Counted from the first letter of the whole stretch, positions 13,009 to 26,492 are shown. The stretch: DNA of 51,924 bases, filler included, from Sphacelaria rigidula (GCA_964200075.2; 4 parts of 4 records of this genome joined end to end with filler, not necessarily neighbours in it), one strand, 5' to 3'. The notes: generated from the letters alone by a model not told the origin. Translations and numbers: made by a program.

Positions 13009-14399
13009 GGGGGGGGGGGTGCGGGCGGGTGGGGGGGGGGGGGGGGGGGGGGGGGGTTATCTCGACGCAAGGCAAATCAACCGCATGCTACTACAGCATG
13101 AACCGGCGAAACCAATTATTGACTCCCACTCATGTTATAGTGGTCGACGGACAAACATACAGTGTGCACGTGACACAATGGCGCGTGAGACATCCTGTTC
13201 CAAGGCAGGGTGAACACACTGTAGTATGTCAGGGTGACGGTTGGCTGAATGCATAAGGCAGAGTTAGAACGCAGCTCCGGCCAGTCCTACGCGTAGTCAG
13301 TAATCCAACGAAGTGCGTCACCACGGCACTCACGTGGATGCAAACAGGCGGGGACAGCACCGAAGGGCAGCTACAGCAAATCGTTCAGCAGCTACAAGCA
13401 GTGTACCAACGGAGGGACAGATATGCACCATTAATACGCGAGGCGGGGGCAAAACATAACAGAGTCTACTGTTGTACAATGCAACAGTATAACGTGATAC
13501 GCACGACAGTCAAAATAACACAGGGGCGCCTCACTAAAATCAATTTAAAAACACAGAAAATAAAAAAAAATGACTTGATGGCTACAGCTTGAGCAAACGA
13601 CCACAAAGCGAGGCAACACGAGTGAGGCTCCACCAACCAGGCAGAACAAAGTCCGTTTATCGACGCCAAGTGTGATATAGATGGAGTAGCTAATACATCG
13701 GCTGGGGTCTCTCACTATGAGCACCAGGGGATACCATGGTTCCAGCTGACCAAGCTCCCAACGCGGATACATCATACAGACCTAGCTACCCATCATGCAC
13801 ACAACACAGTCCGCTCTTCATGTATACTGCTGGAAGATTTGAATCTCACATGTTGATAGCATCATATTTTACCTACAAGCAGCTCCCTAACTCAGTACAG
13901 CCGGGGAGTAGCCAAAGGAGCAGAGCGTGGCGATGCGCCAGCGTAGCAGAAATAAGCAGGCAAGCGAGCAAGGTCAGCCAACAAGTGAGACAGAAAGGCG
14001 ATGGCTCGCCCTATCTCACCGCAACAATGATAATGACAAACGCGATACAACGCGTCACGGAACCCAGGGTCTACAAGCAAACCCCCGTACATCTCAATAT
14101 CGTGCAACGCCTCTGAGCTTCATCACACTTATTATGACGCAGCGAAAAAACATACTCAAGCCGGAACGGCTTGAGACACCGATGTCTCTAAAGGGTTCTT
14201 GAGAGGCGGCCGAGAAGTTCACTCGATCAGCACTCAATTGAGATTGCACGCGTCGGACGGATCACTTTTTATAGGATGCAGTTTATACAGCTCGAGTGTG
14301 ACCACACGTGTGTACCCGATCCGGTTGATACAGTGTAACTAGTTATGAAACGGTCCTCGTGTTCCGGATATCATTGATGAGGAGGGAGGTATATTGCAC

Positions 14400-16240
14400 G
14401 GGTTATAAGGATACACAGGTTCTTCTGGACGTTTCGTATACACCTGATTCGGATTATATAGGTGTGCCCAAGGAGGTGATGTACGGATAAACAGAGTATA
14501 CAAATCACTCGTGGCGGGTTTTACGGATACTTGGTTCATACAGATCATCATCTGACAGATATGTGCGAATCATACAAGTCATACAGATCAGTCACCACGC
14601 CATGTGTGCAGAAGAACCGGGTTCTATAGGTTACCGCACGAGCAATGTATGTTAATCAAACGGGTCATACAGATACAGATCAATTTCAGATCGCAAAGGT
14701 CATACAGCTCGTGCTTCAACGCAGGCAATGTCCACGTCGATGGCTCTGGTCCGGGAATTTTCGTTCGACGCTGGCCGAACAACATAATGATGAGCCAATT
14801 GAACATATAGCTGTATATTGTTTCGTCCTTTCCCCGCCGCGTATGAGTGTACGCTCTGAAGAAGGAAATACGAAAACAGTCGTCCATACTGCCGCTGGCA
14901 CAATTGAACATACGTCTCATATACACAAATCACAACTACTGTTTCTCACTACTACTGCTACTGCTACTGGAGTGAAAGAAGTCCAAATGGCGTTCCGCTA
15001 CGAAGCTCAGCGCTAAGAGCACACGAAACAAACACCACCGAGTGAGGCAGGCCTCTACGGTGCAAAGTTCGGAATAGCGTCGAAGAAACCCGACTCATCC
15101 CCCTTCTGCTGGTCCATTCGACAGCAACTCCACTTCCCCACGCGGAGGGTAAAGCTGACCGGGAATTGCATCCCTTACCTGACTGTCAGACAACACAGGT
15201 ATCTCCTCAGGGACGGCATCCCTACTGCCGTTGAGGAACATCACCATCTGCACAAACTTGCTGTCGATGCGGCCCCGCGAGGCGTTGATGAGCCGCCCGC
15301 CCGTGCTGAAGTCTCGCTGAGCACGGCTGATGAAGCCGGCACAGAACGCAAGACTATGGTGGCCCGTGCCCTGTTGGGATACTTTTGCAAGCCCTCCGAC
15401 GCACACTACGCATGAATTGGGGATACCAGCTTTGTTTTAAGGATTTTCTTCATACTGTTGGCAACAAAAGTGTTGAGTTCTTCCTTGCATCGTTGTCTCA
15501 CCGTCAGGGGTGCATCGGGCTCCGTGTCCATTTCGTCGAAGATGCCAGCATCCAGTAGGTGCTGGACTTCCTTCTCCCCCGCTTGTTCAGACATGGCGGC
15601 CACCATGTTGGTGAGGAATACTAAATATACTTTACTGTATACTTGATTCTTATGCGCCGACATTGCACATCTTCGTGAAAAATATGCACCCCCACCGTGG
15701 AACCGCTCGGAATAAAATATGCGTACTTCATGTTCCATGTGCTCAGGCTGCTACAGCCAACGTTTGGACTTGTGAACATGCATTGTACCCGGGCCATACA
15801 GGTTAACAGGTAAGGGAACTGAATACTGTTTTGTTGCATACTTGATCCGGATCTTACGGGTGCGGGAAAGTGCTTCTTGTATACTAGATTCGGATCCCAC
15901 AGATGAAGGGTAGCTTCTGGTATACATAAAAATTACAACTATGTGATGTTGAACACATGACACAGTTCTGCAGATTACTTGTACACGAGTGTGTGTGTGT
16001 GTGTGCGTGTGTGTGTGTGTGACGCGGGTCGTACAGCTCGTCGCTCGGAAAATTTATATGGGTCAAGTGGGTCCTACGGATCAGCATTGGACAAACGTGC
16101 ACGGGTGACAGCACACCTCGGGCAGATCATGATCTATGACCCAAATGATCTGACCCGAATCTGTCACGACCTGATCCGTCCGACATGTGAAAGGATCCGA
16201 CAGAGTCGTTGCCGCCAGTAGATGGTCGTGAGATCGTAAA
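14400..16240. mobile_element. Internally deleted hAT DNA transposon (ends approximate)
   Basis: ACAGATC/GGGTCATACAGAT motif cluster at 14540-14700 and its inverse (GATCTATGACCC, GATCTGACCCG) at 16120-16180 flank a hAT transposase C-terminus. TIR and TSD not resolved. Confidence 0.55.
15095..15640 (-). pseudogene. hAT transposase C-terminal dimerisation domain relic
   Basis: Reads CKEELNTFV...SPIHA*CASEGLQKYPNRARATIVLRSVPASSAVL/(frameshift)RDFSTGGRLINASRGRIDSKFVQMVMFLNG, matching the hAT WW..YP.L...A...L.VPASSA..ER.FS pattern. One stop and one frameshift. Confidence 0.85.
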
Positions 16241-17489
16241 TTGTGTCCTCGCGGGAAGATGGAGCAGCCGATGCGACTGGTTGTGAAGCACACCACACGC
16301 GTGCTGTGGTTTTAGTGACCTTGCAAAGATAGAAGTTGGATGTCGTGGTCGGACTTGGTTTTTCTGGTTTGCCATGGAGGAGGCGTTCATTCTTGCACAT
16401 CGCTGGCACAATGTGGGGATAACGACGACAACATTTTTCATTTCTTCATTTGATTTGTGCATCTGAGTCAGGATAAGTGGTCCAAGGCTCCGCTACCCCT
16501 TTCAGACATGCGCAGTATGCATGTGGGGAGAGTTGAGGAGTACCCGTCGTTCGTTTTCCTCGAAATCCGTCAGAAACTTGGACATCCGGATGTTCGGATG
16601 TTCGGATATCTGGATATCCGGATATCCGCCACTTTGTTCAATCCGCGGATTCTTTGATTTTCCCGGAAACAAAACATGGTCCAAAATGTGCGAGAAAAAA
16701 ACGTCGCCAGGCCAGGCAACAGATCAATTCCAGAGGGACCACACGTTAATCCAAAGATCAACGGTCGGATTTTCTTTCAGCATTTCGCTTTTCGGGAATC
16801 CATTTTTTCCGGAAAAGTCGAAAAAACTGCGAACGATGTCCCGTTCAAATACCGCTTAGTAGAAGTAGTAACTTTTCTGTATAGTACTCTTCACTGTACT
16901 GCAAATGAAGTGTTCGTACTGTACAGTACACTACCAACATTACTAGCCGTAGTAGCAGTTGTACTAGTAGTAGTGTTGCTGTATCGCATCCACTTTGTAT
17001 CCTGCCTCTACTACTGTTGACTGTAACTAATTATCTTGTCGTTCACTGTTTAGGCCGCCCCACATTCGTGGAGCTTTGCATCCCAAACAAGCATTTTCCC
17101 TACATTCATCACCTTTCATGCATATATACACGGTTGGTGTGGATTCACATGCTCACCCCCTTCCTTGCGTGTGTACCGTATATATGTATGTCTGCTGTAA
17201 CCGGAATACCAAAGTACCCAATAAACCGCCATTATTTTCCGGGATATACTGTTTATCCGTGCATTGGCTGGGGCAGTTTTGGATGATTTCAATACGTGAT
17301 AGGACAATCAGGACGGGATTGGAAGCTCAGCTAAAGCGCCTGTCCAAGGCGCTGCAACTCTCACACCGTATTTGTTCTGTTGCCATAAGAAGTGGTCAAA
17401 TACAAATGCATCACTTTTTCGGGCCGACAAGAAGTGGCAAGAAGTGCTTCCGTCGAGAATGATTTGTTTGGCATAAGTAACGGTCGTGT

Positions 17490-17980
17490 GCTACGAAAAC
17501 ACATACCTGAAAAACATGTTTTGGCGATTCAGGGTCGATTTTCGCCGAAAGACGGGGCTTCGCGGATTGTGCCACCTCGCAAGACTCAATGCAGTACCCG
17601 AGAGGATTCTAGCGAACTTTTCTCATCTTTCATGCGTCCTGCTTGACTCCTGACCGGATCACTGATATCTTTACCCGTAAAAAGAAACATGTTCCTGGCA
17701 GGTCTGAGAATTTGTTTTGTACGATTTTGATAAATCAGTTGTCGAGCCAAACCGGAAGACTCCAAGACTCACGTGTTTTTTTAAACAATTCGAGAAGTCA
17801 TTTGTCCCACCAAGAGCCAAACTGAGCGCAAGAATCTGAAAAGGGCCTAGAACCCTCTCGGAGAGTACAGCGAGTTTTGTCGAGGTGGCACAATCCGCCA
17901 AGCCCCGTATCATGATTACGGCGAAAATCGGTCCTAAAACCCAAAGCAAGCTGTTTTGGGAGAGATTATTTCAAGTAGGA
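17490..17980. mobile_element. Foldback-type / long-TIR MITE
   Basis: ~17490-17640 is an imperfect reverse complement of ~17825-17980, e.g. acggggcttcgcggattgtgccacctcg vs cgaggtggcacaatccgccaagccccgt, and cgattttcgccg vs cggcgaaaatcg. Confidence 0.75.
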
Positions 17981-18039
17981 TAAGAATCGGTCTTACATAA
18001 CATTTTCTCCTTTCTTGCGGGTCTATCAACCACATATGA

Positions 18040-18695
18040 AGGGCTTGTCACGAGACTTCGGGACGAGACGAGACTTTTGGGGATCCTGGGAACGGAGATC
18101 CTCATCCCGTCTCCTCTTGTTCCGTTTCGTCCCGTCCTCGCAGGAATATGTGTTGAACACCCCCGGAAAAAGTACAACGAGACTTTTATGCTTTTACGCA
18201 GAAACAATCACCGGTATTGAGGTACACCATCTGGCAACAGTAGTTGGATAACGTCGTGATTGCGACGGGAGAAAATCCCCTCCCTCTCCCGAAATCCCAT
18301 CCTAGGCCTTGGTTACGATAATTGTGACCGTTCATCTTTTCACGTGAAATGTAAGTATTGAATAGGCTGTGAAAGAGGCCGGAGTCTAAACAGGATAACG
18401 AAACGCTTCCACGCCCCACATGGGTGAAGATATACACAAGTTCCCACTCCGTTGACGGGAACTCCTGTCCAAGCTGACACGAAGTCTTGTGCAAAATGTC
18501 GTGAATTGTCCCGTGAAGATGGGATCGAACGGGAAGATTTCCCATCAGGTCGGGATGGGGTAGGCATACGGACCGCGAGACGTTGTCCCGTCGCCAAGGA
18601 ATCACCGGACGGGACGCAAACATTTGCCCGCGCCCAAAATACGACAGAACGGGACGGGAACGCGTTCCCGTCGCCGGAAGCATAATGACCACTGA
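18040..18695. repeat. Degenerate GGGAC/GTCCC-rich repeat, probable non-autonomous DNA transposon remnant(s)
   Basis: Dense ACGGGA/TCCCGT motifs on both strands. Ends in ...atgaccactg (possible TIR), but no clean partner TIR was found. Confidence 0.4.
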
Positions 18696-19068
18696 TGCAC
18701 ATTATCCGCATTTTGGTACGTCGCTAAGTCATGAGCAAGTTCAGCAGCAGGCGTAGAGTGTAGCCCGGGTTGCAAAGCGGATACCTCAGGGTGTCGGCGA
18801 GTTTTCGACGGTTACGCGACGCGAAAAAGGTACAACCAGAACCCGATTTGCGCTGTACGCACGTAGCTTAACTCGCTCATAACGTATCATACCCTAGGGA
18901 CGCTCCAAAATCAGATAACGTGTACCAACGACCAACCGTACACGACGTGCAGATTGTTTTGCCCTTGACAAGTTCCACATATAGTCGCGTTTCTTGTTTC
19001 TTAGATCCAGTTTCCTGTTTTGTTTGCGTTCCGTGAGACCACGGCTGGGCCCCTTCGGGATCGGTTAA

Positions 19069-19166
19069 CCCTTTGATGTAGTTGAATCGGCATCATCATT
19101 TATACACTTGAAAAATAGGGTGAATGACGTCGATTCAGTAGATGGTCTACGCTGGCGGTCAAAGAG
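19069..19166. mobile_element. 98-bp piggyBac-type mini-element (diverged relative)
   Basis: TTAA|ccctttga ... gcggtcaaagag|TTAG. Shares gttgaatcggcatca and cacttgaaaaa with the 40403/40505/51819 copies. Confidence 0.6.
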
Positions 19167-20169
19167 TTAGTGCGTGACAATCAATCACTCGAATCAAATC
19201 GGGGAGAATCACATTTGGCGTAGATTTTGAATTCGTGTCGAGAGGAAACGTAGCATAGTAGCCCGCCTACAGAGTACCCAGTACGACTACCCGCGGTACT
19301 AGCAGTTGCTCCGCCGTAGTCGAGAAATAAGCGAGAATGCTTCTCATTTGGCTGACTCTGCAAAGTGCTGTATGTGCAACCTTTAGCTGTGCATCCGCCA
19401 TGAGTTAGTCAGAGCCGACTCTCTTGAGGCACGCATAGATAACAATATCTCTCCAGGCACGCATATATGTTACCACGGAATAGCCCGCCCGCCACTACGT
19501 CGAAAGCTCCACGTTTGCGAACCGCCGATCGCTATGATTTCTTATTCGGCTGCTTCATATCCCGTTGCCCAGTATGAGCCGTATTTGTTACACGGTATTT
19601 TGTTTTCCTGATGCGAAGCGAGCCTCATTTTTTGAACGAAAATGTTCTGTACTGCGGACGCCCTCTGTACTGTTGCGCTGAGGTGTTCATCCACCTGCTG
19701 GTACTCGAAGGATCGAGCGCACTGTTGCAGATCGTACTGCTGCGTGTACACACATTCAGTCACTCGATGACTGTTGACAATTATTTTCGGTGGGGAAAAG
19801 GTCACTCCCCCTCCCGTTCCCCCTCTGGGCATACTGGGAAGAAAATTAGTGAGAACGGGGCGTTCTGCAGATTTCGCCTACCAAAGTAACTTGAGAAACA
19901 AACATGAAAACATCACCACCGCGCCGCCCTCCGTTACGGACGCAGTTCACTGCAAAACCTCGCCTCTGTTAGTGATAGAGGTAGAAGTTCGACACTACCT
20001 CAGCTGGGCATACTAGGTGGGGTTTGGATGATACCGACAGGTGTTTGCCTTACAAGATATCCTCTGTTCTCGACTAGTAGTGGCGATTGAACCTACCTAC
20101 CTGATGACAGCGAGTCCTTGCTGCCATGATAATCTACAGTACCTGGAACATTTCTGGGCTCTTGAAACT

Positions 20170-23100
20170 ATCTGGGATTTCTATTATATCCTTCAATAAA
20201 ACGGCATCGGAATAGGAACATTATTGTTAGTTTGCCGGCGGTTGATCCTGTCCACCATATCCTTCGCGTATGCTTCGCATAATTCGGACGGCAGCGGTCT
20301 ATCTCTTCGCTCCTTCGCCAGAATGAGGTTATGAATGCGATGTTCATCTCCTGATGCACCGCCAGCCGCCTCCCACATCTCCGCGAGCGTCTGGGTTTGG
20401 GGATTTTCTTGGGGGGTAGAATCACCACCATCTGTGAACATGGTCAGAAAAGTGCCCGTGTCGCCCGTTCTTGAGGTGGCTAAAGTGGCAGAATCCTCGA
20501 GCGCAGCAGAAAACGTGCGCAACCTCCATCGATTGAAGGCAGCCGACAATTGTGATCGACCCACACCTGCTTCCTGGGGACAAGTCGACAGCGAGGCTAG
20601 TACGTAGTGGTGGCTGAAATCGTTGTTGGATGAGCACGTAAACGTATCCAGCCGAGATATGTAGTCTAAGATTTCCATTGAGCACTGCTACGCCTATGAA
20701 TTAGAAAGGGTAGCTGGGCTGTAAGAATCATGGTATGGTGCAGAGTGATTCGCGGCGCATATCGCACGAGAACCACTCTGAATCGCAGACGGTTCCACTA
20801 AGTTACCCAACGTCTGAATCTACGACAGGATTATCAACGGGCGCACTGGATATCTCACAACGGTCTTGAAGACGCACGTGAACATCCGCCAATTTGCGGT
20901 CTGTTTGTTGCGTGACCAGTATCATATGTTACGTTGGCGTGCTCCTAGGCATGCTCCGGCTACCCTTTTCTTCGTATTACGTTATATGATTAAAAAGTGT
21001 ACGGCAAAGAGATCAACTCCGTCGTACTGCGTGATTCTGCTGGCACAGGAAAGTTCGACAGCACAATCGCATGCTTTGCTCACCTGCCAAAGGGCGATAG
21101 TACGCAGGTAGCCCTTGGCAACGCTTCGTGCTGCACTCGATCTTCGGTCCTTGGGATCTCGGGATCTGTCCCCGGCACTGTCCCGATGGTGCATGTGCGT
21201 CTTACTCCATACTTTTGGAAAATCTGCCGAAAAGTCGTACCTGTCATCATTCAGTGCATGGAAATAATACAACACAACCGAGAAGGGGAGTAGAAATATC
21301 GACAGCTTGCAGGTTCCAGGTCGGTCGTTCCAATCCGGCGTACTGTGTGCAGTGTACGGTCAACGTTTCCGCCACTGCTGCAAGCTCATGTTCCACACCC
21401 CCTGTTCCTGTGTGACGTCGCCGATCGCCAGAGGGTAACGCGCGCTACAGGAAGTGTGGCGCACAACTAGTACCTGCTTGAGTGCTATCGGCCACGCTAG
21501 CTTGCTGCTATTGGCGAACGCTTGCTGGGCACAGAGTTCGAGGACGAGCGACATCATGCTGGTCCAATATGCGTACCCTTCGTCAGATGTTCGTGCACAC
21601 TCTAATCGGGCGGCAGCGGTTTCCAGGTGCTGGTAAAAATGCACAGTCATCGCCCAGAAACGGTCTCCGTCGCCTTGCACCTTCGCGGCATATTTAAAAC
21701 CGCTCTTCGCCGCCCCAGAGGCGGCTCTTCCACCACCCACGGACTCTCCCGGTACTTTGCTTCCGTCAGCCACCTCGTCTTCATCCTCTGAATCTGAGGA
21801 CTCGTCGTCGCCGCCTGCTTCCCCTTTGCCTTTCCCGGAATCACAAGATTTTCTGTCATTCCCCTGGCAGCGTGCTCCCTCTGTGTTCATGTACCTCACT
21901 ATTGCCATGATCTTCACGGATTGCTTGAGGGCTGCAATAGCACGGCCAGTTTCCACCTTCGTGCGGTCGCTCATATGCTTACCGGCCGCGCGAATTGATT
22001 GTGCGTCGGGGAGGCGACGAGGCAAGGCGCGTAAAATAGTTTCGCCATCCGGGCGGTGAAGGTCTGTATTACCCGCCGTGCCCTGCGTGCAAACGAGGGA
22101 TACATGAACACCCATAGACTATTTCTATCAACGTCTAACACACATCGTTGTCAACTGTGATATAGCGAATCGTGGTGGAATGTGCTCAAGAAAAAACGTG
22201 CGTCCTGTCGACTTACACCGAGCATATTTTCTTATGCTACTATGCGTCCGAACTCGGAGATGCTTATTTGAAGGTAACAGGGCGAAGAAATACTAGGGCA
22301 CTGCACCATGCACAAGTACAGTAGGTAGCTTATTAGGTTGATATCGTGCAGCTGTTGAGTATAGGTCAGGGGGGTCGAGAACAGCCCAAACGCAATTTCT
22401 CGGTAGCACTCTACAATGAGAATTTATCAAAGACTCGGTGGATGAGGGAGACTTTGACAGCATATTTCGAACATGAAAACACGATGCACAGCACATGCAG
22501 AACGCACACACACCCTACCTAGACCACGCCGGTATAATTGTCAAAGTTCGCATCAAGCTGGAGCGAAAATTCCGCAGCAGTGATCGATAGGTGTTCGGCT
22601 CTACTACCCCGACTGTGCTTCCTACCCTGTTTAGCCCATCAACGATGATGTACCTTGTCCTTGACCAGCAACCGTAGCTTCTGCGCCACCATCACCGCAC
22701 TCACTGTTGCGGCCATTTTTCTAGACCTCGCGTCCTGCTTGAGGGCTTCACCTTTCACAGTCAACGATTTCTTGCTGATGTACACTTGCTCTCGTGTCGA
22801 GTTCAACCTTCGCACAGAGGACTTGTGAAGATCAAGTCCGGCATGTAATATCCTTTGCGCGCTTGCTTCCATCCTTTCAGTAGCGCCCTGGCTAACGCTC
22901 CGATAAAGCTGCTGGGCATTCTCTACTCTGAAGCTCTGGGTCTTTTGGCGAGCGCTCAGCATCGCGACTTTGAGCTGTATATAGAGAGAAAGACAGAGAT
23001 TTCATCGCGGAAAAACAAAGAACTTCAGACTAATACCGCAAAATGTAGCCCGCAAAACTAGAGCGGTTACAGCCGGCGTTGGCACCTATCGGATGTCTGC

Positions 23101-25276
23101 CCGTGGAACATCAGCTGGAATACAAGTCTAGAGAACGTAGAACTAACCCAGAGTAAGATTTTTGGTTTGGCAAAGGTAGCAACGTCCGGTGGGATATTCT
23201 GATGAAACCCTGTTAGAATCGCTTGAGCAATACCCGGTTACAACAAGGTGCCCAAGAAACATCCACGGACGTTGCCACGGCGACCATATACCGTGAGACG
23301 TTCAAATCGAAAAAGCAAACCGCACCTGCTGCCCTGCTTCATGGCGTGTAGTGACCATCAAGTTGGAATCGGATGCGATCCGCCTCATCGATCCCATTCT
23401 TGTCCGGGCCGTCGCCGCGCTAGCCTCTATGATTTTTGTCGTTCTCAAACTCGAAGCGGATGCCCAAAGAATTTTCAAATGTTTTTGGTTGGATACATCT
23501 CCTAGGTCCGCTGCACCAGTATCGTTTAATGAGTTGGCCAACGTAGTTTTTTGTACCTGTGGCGATGTCAGGCATGAAAAGATGTTCGTTTACACACCGC
23601 ACCTTCTCTAGGAATCGCATACGTTCCGCATCATATCTGTCTCGTTTCCTGATATCTTCGAGCCATGTGAAATCGGCACAGGTGTTTTCACATTATTTTC
23701 ACTCGTTCGATGGTTCCAGCGACAGTGCGCAAGAACTTCTGGGTATTACAGTATTGAACGCTGTCAGTATTTCTCAACGGGTTGAGCGCCGCTAAATCGC
23801 CTGAATCACGGATAAACTAACCGTCTTGACACGGGTAATGCGCTGAAATTTTCCGCAGAGTATAAAGAGATCCGCACCCTGCCTCCACTAAAGTGGCACG
23901 TGCGTGCTGTCGTCAAAATTCAACAATGTCCCACAACCCTCTGACCCTCCCGCACCGAAGTCATGTACCGCCGGCCAAGATTTGACTCCGACGCGACCCT
24001 CTTCATCTTTTCAAGCGCAGCTTGTGCCACCGCTTTCATCTCGTTCGCTTTCTTCTTCCCTTGGCTCTCGCCGGTGGACGGCCAAATCGCTGTCGTGCTC
24101 CGTGTGGTTGTTGTTCCCGGAAACTCTTTTTCGGTTCCGCCATCGAAAGGCTGAGTATCCGTGCGCGGGTGGCAAACCTATGGTCAAAAAGCACACGGAG
24201 ATGCACAAGCTAAATGCGAATTTGAGTTATGCGCTTGATTTTTCCGCATCTTAAACTTGGCATTCATCCAGATTCGCTTAGATTTTCAAAACCTATCCGC
24301 GGAAATGTGGGGGGAACCATCGTACAGCATACGATTACCACCTTAAACGCCACTCATACTCCGGGCTTTGCTGTATCAATAGCACATCACGAAAGTTGTT
24401 TTTGTCGTTTTTTGTTATCGAACCCGATCACACCGTATTGCCCCGAAAATTCTCCAAGCGCGATCACCCATGCGTTTGCAGCCCTAGATATTTTAGTAGC
24501 CTCTGGTTATCGAAATTGATCCTGATTTGTCGTCCTGTTAGGAGATTTCTTTGAAAACACGTCATTGCGACTGCGCGTACAGACAAAATCGAAGGACATC
24601 ATGCCATGCCAAGCAGTTGCTCCGCTGATGTCCATGAACATGGCAATCGTCATAGACAGAACGCATCTTGGCAGCATGTAGTAGTCAATTCTCACGTGCC
24701 ACGAGCAAAATATTTCGTTCCTTGTGCCCTGGTCGAACATCCTCGCGGCTTGGGTAAAGTCCTTCCAAAACGTCTCACCAAAAATTGCGGCTCTGATACA
24801 CTGTAGAGTTTTGTGTGCAACAGTCAAAAATACAGGGTTCCTGCACAGAAATCATCAACAACAATGAGCGATCAGTGCTGCACCATGAAGGTGCACCTCC
24901 AACACCACATTACACACACGCATTACTACAGTGCATCCACTTTCGTGGTCATGGTTTACAACAACAAAATAGCAATCCTCAAGTTCAGTTTTTTTCGAAG
25001 AGGTTAGATTCAAAACGCTCGCATATCGCGTCTAACTATCGATCTCGTTAGTCTGCCTTACACTGGATGTGCACCGCGGTTGCTCAGAGACGATGCCAAG
25101 CACCTTCCACATCCATCGTCTACAGTGCAAGTGCTGCACTGCAGAATGCTGTAACGCACATTGAACAAAATGCTGCAAACTCCTCAAACGATACTCCACC
25201 AGAATCGTCCTCATCCACGTGCTTCAGAATCTCCACCGCTCGGCGCAGGGCGTGTTTTCGATCAAGCGTGGGGTAC
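20170..25276 (-). pseudogene. Long decayed spliced gene, DDE-transposase-like (tentatively DUF6589/Academ-like), with upstream EF-hand exon
   Basis: Chain of co-oriented broken ORFs (24827-24507, 23620-23420, 22962-22639, 22115-21360, 21275-20982, 20678-20193). Ordered motifs: IAMFMDISGA, GVIGFDN (24414-24422), YIIVDG (~22640), ALLPSNKH (~22270), IGDVTQEQ (~21410). GT-AG intron candidates present. Family call is tentative. Confidence 0.4.
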
Positions 25277-25814
25277 CTGAGCAAGCATCACCAGGGCTAC
25301 GCACTTGGTGCAGGGAACGGCTCCGAGTATCCGCACGACACTTGCCGCGAATTGAGCTTTGGGCGGTAGAAGTGACCATCAAGCCCATGGTATTTTAGAA
25401 TCATGCTATGTGGCTAACATCCGGAGTGAAATTCACATGGTGGTCTGCAGTCTGCCGATGGGTTGCACACGTACTCTACCTGAAAAATGTCTACTTTTAC
25501 AATGTGCACTAGCACCCTCGCTCTTCCTTGGAACATGATTCGAGATATCCCGTGCCGATGGCGCTTTACACAAGAATATACGGGGCATACATGGCACTAG
25601 TAGGCTAGCGGGAGAACTTGATGCGTGTGATCAATTTTTGCTTGCGTTTATGGCACTGCAGCTAATACTAATTATGCTAGATTCCCCGTAAAAGCAAATA
25701 TACACTACTCGCAGGTTACGAACGGTTACATGGACATATCATTTCTGTGGGCTCAGACGAGAACCGGACGGCAATAACGGTATTTCTTCAATACGACTGC
25801 GTGTCACGGTACTC

Positions 25815-25816
25815 TG

Positions 25817-25898
<82 letters not shown>
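25815..25898. repeat. Compound microsatellite (TGCG)n(TG)n near the contig end
   Basis: Directly visible. Confidence 0.95.
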
Positions 25899-25899
<1 letters not shown>

Positions 25900-25916
25900 A
25901 ATTTCGATCCCTCACC

Positions 25917-26016
25917 NNNNNNNNNNNNNNNNNNNNNNNNNNNNNNNNNNNNNNNNNNNNTTAATTAATTAANNNNNNNNNNNNNNNNNNNNNNNNNNNN
26001 NNNNNNNNNNNNNNNN
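25917..26016. other. Artificial contig spacer
   Basis: N44-TTAATTAATTAA-N44. Confidence 0.98.
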
Positions 26017-26182
26017 CGTGAGCGAGGTTCACGCCTACTCTTGGCCGGCCCAGCTCGTAGTCGCTCTCCACTACAGTATTGGGCATGGTGTAAGAAAAAA
26101 TCTCAGATCGCTCCGGAAATCGAACCCAACAACTCAACCGTCAGAAGGTTACGAGGTTACCAACTGAGCCACTGGGGCGACC
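26017..26182 (-). mobile_element. tRNA-derived SINE head, copy 4 (different body, cut by contig end), in KBP intron 1
   Basis: Minus strand reads ggtcgccccagtggctcagttggtaacctcg...gggttcga...gagcgatc...atgcccaa...agtggagagcgac, then diverges from copies 1-3. Confidence 0.8.
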
Positions 26183-26492
26183 GATGTATACAGTAAGATC
26201 CGGCAGAAGAAAACGGTACAGGAGTGAAGAACCAGTCCACAGTACAGTCAGTGCAGAGTGTACTATATCCAGGGTGCTCTTTCTTCCACGCGACCGAGAA
26301 AATGTACTGTACTGTTGTGGTGTACTGTTGTTGCTTCACAGAGTATTGTCAAAATATGCTCTGTACGATACACTTGCGATACATCATGTTTGAAATGCAC
26401 ACTCACGTCCTACGAACGCCACCATACGCCAACATCGTAGACACAAGCACTTCCCCTGGTGCATTAACTCAAATTACTCTCAATTAGCTCAC

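Noticed and set aside
13700..14100. Possible solo LTR or TRIM (weak resemblance of 14061-14086 to 9521-9550)
   Set aside because: Similarity is too short, and no TG..CA termini with TSD were established.
16560..16850. GGATATCC/GGATGTTC 8-mer cluster as a defined element
   Set aside because: Probably a MITE subterminal array, but no TIR, TSD or second copy could be fixed.
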